NCBI GenBank assembly: GCA_032718475.1
Contig: JAUCBJ010001176.1
Location: forward strand, 55,830 to 119,829
Reading direction: 5' to 3'
Source of the DNA: Nemertoderma westbladi
Lineage: Eukaryota > Animalia > Xenacoelomorpha
DNA: 64,000 nt
The notes below the pieces were generated by a model. It did no database searches and was not told the origin of the DNA. It saw only the letters and a list, made by a program, of their open reading frames with translations. Made by a program: the position numbers and the translations under genes. Positions 56,801 to 64,000 of this stretch are shown here, piece by piece (the first letter of the stretch is position 1; each line of letters begins with the position of its first letter).

Positions 56801-59800
56801 GTATAAAAATCATACAATATAAAACCATACAAATAAATAAAAATAAATATTAAAACAGATAAATAAACATACCTTAATGCTTCGTCCTTCCTTCTCTAGG
56901 TCTTTAATTCTTTGCGCCATCTCGCGGTTTTCACGCTCACTGTTCTCCAGCTGTTTCTTAGACAACAGTTGCTTCTGTTTCAAGGAATCGTTTTCACCTA
57001 ATATGCTGTCTATTTTGTTTATATTCTCACGAAGTTGCCGTTTTAATTGATTCTCGGAATCTTGGAGTTGTTTCAGGGAATCTTTCAGTTTACCTTCAGA
57101 TATCTTAAGTTCTTCCACTTCCTTTGAAAGTCTCTTTTGTTCTTTATTGGCCTTTTCTTCAAAATTGGCGTATTCCCTAAGCGCCTGGTCCATATCGCTC
57201 ATTCTCTGTCGCAAGTTCGTCTCCAATTCTTCTTTATCTTTAAGTAACTTTTTCGTTTCTTCAAGGTCTTCAGATAGTCGCTTTTCCTTCTTCTTAAATT
57301 CTTCCTCTTGTTGTTCAAGACGTTGATTAAGATTTCTTTCACGCTTTTCCATATCCTTAAGTTTATTTTGAACTTCATCGTGGTCCCTCTTAATATTCTT
57401 CAGTTCGGCTTCTTTATGTTCCAACGTTGATTTCAAATTGGAACATTTTTCACCTAGAGTTTTGTTTTTTGTTTCTAAATTAGAAACCTCGTTGGATAAA
57501 CGTTCGCTTTCGTCTCTTAGACGGCGATTTTCGAGTTCTTTCTCTCGATTTTCGTTTTTAATATCACCGTATTTTGTTTTTAAATCATCTAGATTCTCAG
57601 ACAACTTAGACTTTTCATTTTCCAATAAATCTACTTTATCTTCCAATGAATCTCGTCTCCTCTCCAACTCCCTAAAATCATCTTCCAATGTTCTCTTCTC
57701 TCTTTGCAACTCCCTAACCGAATCTTCAGCATCCTCGAGTTTACTCTGAAGTTGAGTTTCTCTTCTCTCCAAATCTTCATTTTTACGTTCCAGGTTGCTA
57801 ATATCCGAATTCAACCGTCTTTCTGTTTCCTTTAAATCCCTAATATCGTGGTCTTTATCTCGAATTTTATCTTCCAGCGCATCTTTCTCTTTCTTAGCGG
57901 TTTGAAGAGAATCCTGTAACCTTTTATTTTCGGTTTCCTGATCCTCAAGACGCCGCACATACTGTTGCTCCTTTCGTTCTAAATCAGAAATCTTATTTTT
58001 GGAATCCCAAATATCCTTCTGCAAGTCTCTAACTTCATTCTCCTTATCATTCAACGTCTGCTTCAGTTTATTTTCTCGTTCTTGTAGATCAACGTTATTT
58101 TTTTCCATCCTGGATAATTCATTTTTCATACGAGATTCGTTATCCTTCAGACGTTTATTCTCATGCTCCTGATCTCTCAATTCATTCTTAAGATCGCTAA
58201 CTTGTTTTGTACTCTGTCTGTATAAATCATCTAATTTCTGGTTATCATCTAACAAACTCGCAACTTTGTTATCTAATCTTTCCTTCTCTCGATTCAATTG
58301 ATTAACCTCAGACTCCAACTGCATGTTTTCCTTTTGAATGTCTCTGAATGCTTGATCCGCATCTTCCAACGCCTTCTGCAGTTGCTCTTCCCTCTTATCC
58401 AGTGCCAATTTCTGTTTTTCTAAAACATCAAGTTTATCCTTCAGATTTCTCTCACTCTCTTTTAACATCTCATTTTCTTTTTGTTGGGATTTCAATTTAT
58501 CAGAGATGTTTTTAATTTTACTTTGAGCATCCTCAAGTTGATCTGTTAGTTTATGATTTTGTTTCTCTTTCTCAAACAGACTTTTCTCAAGTTTTTCCTT
58601 TTCAGACTGAACATCTTTCAACGTTTCTGTAAGAAGATCGTTGTCATCTCGCATAGTTCTAAGATCTTTCTCCATTTGTTCTTTATCTTTCTCAAGGTCA
58701 TACACTCTGTTTTCCAGCCCGCGTTTAGCCTCATTTAAATCATCAATAGTTTTATCCTTTTCTATAACTTCATTCTGAAGTTTTCTCTCCCTTTCACATG
58801 CTTCAGATATTTCGTCTTCCAGATCCGACAATCTGTCCTTCAGTCTTGCTTCGGATTCTCTAAGCAATTGGTTTTCATTTTCTTTCTCTCTAATATCATT
58901 TTTGAGCTTCATATTCTCCTTATTCATTTGGTGGAGATCTTTTGTAAGTTTGTCTTTATCAGCTAATAGAGTTTTATTTTCGTTCTCCAACTTTTCTTTA
59001 TCTTGTCTCAACTCGTCATTTTCATCTCCTAATTTCTTTAAACTATTTCTCAACTGCGCTTCTATCTTCTCTTTCTCATGAAGTTTATCACGAAGTTGTT
59101 TTTCAATCTCTTCCTTTTCGCGAAGTTGATTGCGTAATTCTTCCTCAGTCTCCTCCAAATCTTTAATTTTTCGATCCATATCGTGGATCTGGTCTTTATA
59201 TTTATTTATATCCTTCTTCATATCTTTCATTGCATCTTCCATCTCATCGACAGTTCGCGCATCTTCGGCCAATCCTTGAAGCAAAGCAAGTTGTTGTCTC
59301 ATTTTCGATTCACTGTCTTCCAGCGATGCTAATTTATCGCGCATAGAATCTGCAGAACCCTCTAAACCAACAATATTCTTACTTAGCGTCCCGCTACCAT
59401 CATCCAGAGCATCCAACACGCCACTTTTCCGTAACTCTGCCAAATTTTTCTCCTTTTCTTTTTCGATTTCATTCAGTTTCTTTTGCAGCAACCGTTTTCG
59501 TTCCTCTTCATCTGCAGTTAATTTTGGTTTTTGTTTTGGTAATACCGAAGTTATTTCATCCCAAATATTTTGATTTGTTTCCTCCAATGATTCGACCTTC
59601 GATAACAATTCCGCATCCACATCTTCCAGTTCAGCAATTCTTAAATCCATTTCTTCCTTGGCTTTTAACAACTTCCGCTCCATTTCGCTCTCTAATTCCT
59701 CCAATCTTTCTTTCATTCGTCTCTCATTTTGTTCAAGATCTTTAACATATTTGTTATCTACAGTACTTCCTTTCTGAGAAGACGACTTTTGAAGCAACTC

Positions 59801-62800
59801 ATTCTGATATTTTATGTCGTCTAATCTCCTCTTTAAACTCTCCTCTTGATCCTCTAACTTTTGACAACGAAGTCTATACTCTTCTTCCGACTTCAGTAAG
59901 GCTTCCAACTTGCTCCTCAGCAGTTTCTCAGTATCTCTTAGATCCCCCAGTTCGGCTTCCATTTCTCGCACAGACTTTAGCTTCTCCTTTTGCTCTTTAC
60001 TTATGCCTTCCTTCAATTCTTCCTGAAGTTGTCTTATCTCTCGCTCCAATTCTTCAATCCTCTCTTGCAGTTGATCGATCTCCATTAGTTTCTCCAAGTC
60101 TCCAATCTGCGCTTTTAGAGCCCTTTGATGGTACTCCAATTCTTGGTAACCAGCAGCAGAATCCTTTGCATATTTATCCTTTCCTTCTTCATTCCACTTT
60201 TTCTCAACAAGCTCTTTCAGTCTGCTGACCTGTTTCATTTGTTTCTCACTGAATATGCCAGAGTCCTCAAGTTCTGCCCATTGCTCTTCGAGGAGTGCTG
60301 AACGCGCCTTTACTTCTTTCACTGTTTCATTAATAGCTTTCTCAACTCCGTACACCTTATCACACTGTTCTTTAAAGTCCTTTTCTGATTTACGATCCAT
60401 CAAAATACTCGCTGCTTCAATTTGATCGGTCCTTAATGCCGCAACTTCAGCCTCTAAATCTACAATCTTACCCCGAAGATCAACTTCTATTCCCTCGAGT
60501 ACATCTATTTCCCTTTGCAAATGCTCAGCACCATCAAATTTCATATCCGATGGGAACTTACCACCACCAGAAGTTTCTATGTTGTCAACGAGTGATTGTA
60601 GTTTTCTATTTTCTTGCTCCAATGTAATTATCTTATCTCGCATATGTGGATCAGTTAGACCTTCGATACTATTCCGCAACGGCATCTGAGACCCACGGCG
60701 GTCTATGCCAGGAATGTGGGAACCTCTTCTGTCCATATCCGTAGCAACAGGATTCAAGGATGACGTCTCCCTACGCTTGAAATCCTGCATTTTCGTTTTC
60801 AATTCTTTGTTGCTGTTTTCCAGTAATTGATTTCTTTTAAGGGAGTCACTTAAATCTTTCTGCAAATCAGCAACTTGGGTTTTTGTATCATTTAACTGAA
60901 ATCGAACATCTGATAATTCATTTATTTTCTCAGCCAACAAGTCCTGACCTCGTTCGCTTTCTTTTGATAAAAACATATAATCAGCCTCATTCTTTTGGTA
61001 CGCTTTTATCTGCTTATTTAGCTGGGCCTCCTTGGCTGATAATGCCTCACATTTTACCTCAAGGGTTTTCTTCGCAACCTGCAACTCTCTAATTTTTTCT
61101 TTAGGATTGTCTGAGTCTTCTTTGATTTCCACATCAACTTGCAATTCCTTAAATGTTGTCTGATATTCCTCTAATAAACCTTGGAATTTGAAATTGGAAT
61201 CCTGCGAGTTTTTCAACTGATCTCTTAAATCAGCTTCAACCACCTCTGCGTTTTCTAATTGTTTCTGAAGAACTTTTAGAGCTCCACTAGATTTTGAAGA
61301 ATCAGTAACAGCAAACGAACCTCTTTTTACACTCATTGATGCAGTTCTAACGCGACTTTCCAAATCCTCATTGTCAGATTGCAGTTGAGAAATCTTCAAT
61401 TCCAACTGCTTAACCTTCTCATCATGATCATCTTTAGAAACCTTATCTCTCTGATCCCTTGATCTCTTAGATGGTTTTGTTTCAGTGGCTGGGGTTACAA
61501 AGTCATCGTCTTCAGTTGTAATCTCGATAATTGGAATTGAACTTTTGGTGCGATCACGCTTTTCCGGTTTCCCTACTAGAAGATCGTTAATTTTCGCCTG
61601 GAGTTTTGAATTCTCTGTAGTGAGCGCCGTCACACGCTTCTCAGCCTTCGTAAGTTCTTTCTTGACTTTAACTTCCTCGATATTTAGAGAACTCGCTTCG
61701 CTTTTAGTTCGGCCTCTCTTATCATCAGCAGAAATTCGTTTGCTATCGAGCAATTCTTTATCCTTTTTCTTCAATTTTTCTTCATAATCTTTCTTCATTT
61801 CCGCGAATTCTTTGTCCTTTTTCTTAAGTTTCTCATTTTTATCTTCAAGGTCGTGTTCCTTTTTAGTTATATCCTTTTGAAATTTTTCAATTTGCCGTGA
61901 TGTATCCCCTGTTGCAGGGGAACCAGGCCTGCCATGCTGTTTCCGCAACTTGTCCATTTCTGCATTCTGTTTCTTTATTTCTAAGTTCAACTTATTAATA
62001 AGATTGGCCTCATCAGAGCCAGCACTCTTTCTATTTGATGGCTGAGACTTTTTCTGCAACAAGTCATTCACAATATCAATTTCGTCCCTTTTTGGATCAG
62101 TTTCCTTTAACAATCGAAGAACATCATTCGCTTTTAAGAGATCTTTTTTAAGTTTCATTAATTCATTTTCATTATCCTTAACAATTTCTTTGTATTCCGA
62201 CAAATCTCGTCGGATTTTCTCAGTTTCTTCCTCATTTTCCACTTTCTTATCATCTTTACCAAATCCTAGTAAACCACTGATAGAAAACTTGTTACCGGAG
62301 GATTCTGAGTTAATTAAATCCGCTTGCAATTTTTTATTTTCTTCATCGGCTGATGCCAATTTTCCTTTTATTTCACGTAATTCCTTTTTACTATCAGCCA
62401 ACTTTCCTTTCAGTTCCTGCTCAGGGGTCCTTTTAGATCCCTCTAAATCTTTAATACGTTGCAAGGCCTCCTCAAGTTTTTTCGATGCATCTGTATCAAC
62501 CAATAGACTTTGATCTCTTCTGGATTCTACGACTTTACCTCTATTATCAACCTTCTTAGAAGCATCTAATAATTCCTTCCGCAATCGCGATATTGTTTCT
62601 TTAGCATCTTTTAACTCGGATCCTCGTTCTTCGCTTAGTCTCCTGGAATCCCGCCTTGGTCTCGATTCTTGCATCTCACTGATACTTTTATTCGCCGCAA
62701 CCAGACTCGCGTTTGCCTCTTTTAGTTCTTTTGTTAAACTGGCGATTTTATTTTTCGATGCGTCACTCATATTTTTTGATGATGCTCGCGCTTTCTTATC

Positions 62801-63903
62801 TAACTCCGACTTGAGTTTCTTCTTGTCCGTTTCTAGGTAGGACATCTTTCTTTCAATTTCTCTCTTTTCCTTGGCGTGGCCGTCTTTATCTTTCTTTAAT
62901 ACACTTATCTGTGCCTTTAACCCCTTTTCTCCAGCCTCTAATTTACTCAATCGATTCAACGAGAATCTTTCGCTCTCAAGCAACGGCCCTTTCTTAATAT
63001 CTTCCGCCATGTCCAATATCTGTTTGTGTAGCGAAGATTTCTCCTCTTCCAAAACCAATTTATCTCGAGCCGCTTCCTCGTAATCAGATTCCAAACCAGC
63101 TAACTTATCTTCCACTGTCTGCAGTTTTGCTTTTAAATCGCCGTTTTCAACTTCGATTTGTTTCAGTTTCGATTCAAGATCTTCCGTGTATTCCTGTACG
63201 TAATTCGGGTCGCTAAGCAACGCAGCATCATTCAATGATTTTATGGAATTCTCCAACTCTATAATTTTCTCTTTCAGCGCAACTTCTTGGTTATCTGCGT
63301 GAGATATTTTATCACGCATATTTTTCTCGGTATTTTGCAACTCTTTGTTGCTCTTGGATTGTTGGCCTAACTCGTCCTGTAGTTCCTCTATCTTTTTCCG
63401 CATCAGATTATTCGCACTATCAGAATGATCCAATGCTTTCTTCAGTTCGCTTCCCTCCGATCTACAAATAAATTAATATGAAATAAATAAATATTTAAAT
63501 TTATTTATTTAGCGGTCAGCTGTAACGTTCCGTAACGTAAACAGTTCCGTAACTTAAACCGTAAAGTAATAGCTTTTTAAATACGCAACGTAATTTTACT
63601 GTATATTTTTTTCGTCAACCAAAAGATACCTGAGGCCGGAAAATGTTCGCTCAACGCTTACTTCAGTGACTGGTAAGGGGATCGCCACATTGGTGATTTC
63701 CTTTAGGACTTTCACGGGGTAAGAGGACCGCCATTTAAATAAGTCCACTTCCTAGGGGACCCGGGCAAGAACTTACCGACAATCTTTGAGATCCTTGCTA
63801 ATTTCATCGAGTTTCTTTTTGTGTTTCTGATTTAAAACGCTTTCTAGACGTTTTGTGCGCTGATTTACGAGGCTTTCTAGAACCTCATCTGGTGTGGAAG
63901 ATC
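35813..63903 (-). CDS. Multi-exon gene: giant coiled-coil protein (~3200 aa in window, 5' end outside) with C-terminal RIM-binding-protein-like FN3 and SH3 domains
   Basis: GT-AG exons with consistent phases: 63903-63777, 63461-56873, 56439-56326, 56179-56075, 55847-55692, 49186-48986, 48403-48303, 44877-44728, 43887-43723, 42621-42300, 41853-41771, 41266-41113, 40330-40191, 39742-39470, 39341-39201, 38811-38680, 38453-38383, 38260-38095, 37443-37356, 37180-37034, 36001-35813 (stop). FN3: GILLTWQPP...SNGVVVQGYEITVDG. SH3: FRALYDYEPGSDSPN...ELGFSHGD...GLVPSNFLEE. Confidence 0.85.
36007..36840. repeat. 58-bp intronic tandem repeat (~14 copies) abutting the last splice acceptor
   Basis: Unit GGGAAAGTTAGGCAGTAACTATAATATATGTAGGATAGAGTGCGGAAATATATAGAAA. 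Confidence 0.95.
36856..36968. mobile_element. Small hairpin MITE remnant
   Basis: GGTGTAAACGATACGCCGACAACCGAC ... GTCGGTTGTCGGCCTAGCGTTTACATCC. Confidence 0.55.
37683..38122. repeat. 55-bp tandem repeat (8 copies) containing an exon end and 5' splice site
   Basis: Unit CTGCCTAACTCTCCCTTATTCACTGACCTATGGGCGCTATCCACCACTGTATGCA. On the minus strand each unit has CATAG|GTCAGT. Confidence 0.95.
39953..40223. repeat. 38-bp tandem repeat (7 copies) containing an exon end and 5' splice site
   Basis: Unit TTGTATTTACCTTGTAGGTGACTGTGCGATGTGCTGAC. Minus strand reads CAAG|GTAAAT. Confidence 0.95.
40826..41071. repeat. 51-bp intronic tandem repeat (~5 copies)
   Basis: Unit ATCTTATATGTCCATCTGTGTATGTTTGGGGTTGATGTGTGGTGCACTATG. 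Confidence 0.93.
44070..44720. repeat. 25-bp intronic tandem repeat (~26 copies)
   Basis: Unit ACCTAATATCCTAATTTACATCAGC. Confidence 0.95.
44914..48141. repeat. 27-bp hairpin-containing tandem array (~120 copies)
   Basis: Unit GTTATTAGTTAGCATAACTAATCAGCA with internal inverted repeat ATTAGTTA-GCA-TAACTAAT. Confidence 0.97.
48789..48941. mobile_element. PIF/Harbinger-type MITE, TAA TSD
   Basis: AGGCCATGATACACCACAGGAGCGGCGAGCGGCAGC ... GCTGCCGCTCGCCGCTCCTGTGGTGTATCATGGCCT, flanked by TAA on both sides. Confidence 0.85.
49553..55682. repeat. 23-bp intronic satellite, ~6.1 kb (~265 copies)
   Basis: Unit GACAGCTGTTATACGGACATACT, grading to GACAGCTGTTATTCGGACGGAGT at the right end. Confidence 0.97.
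56503..56685. repeat. (TACA)n microsatellite
   Basis: Direct inspection. Confidence 0.97.
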
Positions 63904-64000
63904 CTATAAAAGTTATTAAAATAAAGGAAACATTAAGTAACGGAACATCGGCTATTTTGTTTAGTAAATATAAAATCATATATATAAATAATATAATATA

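Noticed and set aside
56810-63433. 2207-aa ORF as a stand-alone single-exon gene
   Set aside because: It is bounded by an AG acceptor (63462-63463) and a GT donor (56871-56872) in phase with neighbouring exons. The predicted start and hydrophobic tail are artefacts.

Overview
AT-rich animal (invertebrate-like) genomic DNA with spliceosomal introns. Left to right: a decayed RTE-type LINE (1-1944), minisatellites and several MITE families; a young 17.4-kb BEL/Pao LTR retrotransposon (8273-25700, 5-bp TSD TTGAT) inserted into a 41-bp satellite; an intronless EHD-family gene (30618-33188); and a minus-strand gene (21 exons in the window, including one 6.6-kb exon) for a giant coiled-coil protein ending in RIM-binding-protein-like FN3 and SH3 domains, with introns full of tandem repeats. 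The main candidate for a new system is the BEL/Pao element. It has 1915-bp LTRs with non-canonical TA...TA ends and no tRNA-type (TGG) PBS. The 11 nt after the 5' LTR are perfectly complementary to a site inside the LTR, which suggests self-priming. The distal 1.3 kb of the LTR can fold into a large nested RNA structure, a conserved hairpin recurs 14 times in the body, and an extra 1241-aa ORF carries a WRN/EXD-like DEDDy 3'-5' exonuclease plus CCHC knuckles. A second candidate is a tRNA-like Pol III element with a minimal hammerhead ribozyme between its A and B boxes (29861-29970). All structures were read by eye and no searches were run.
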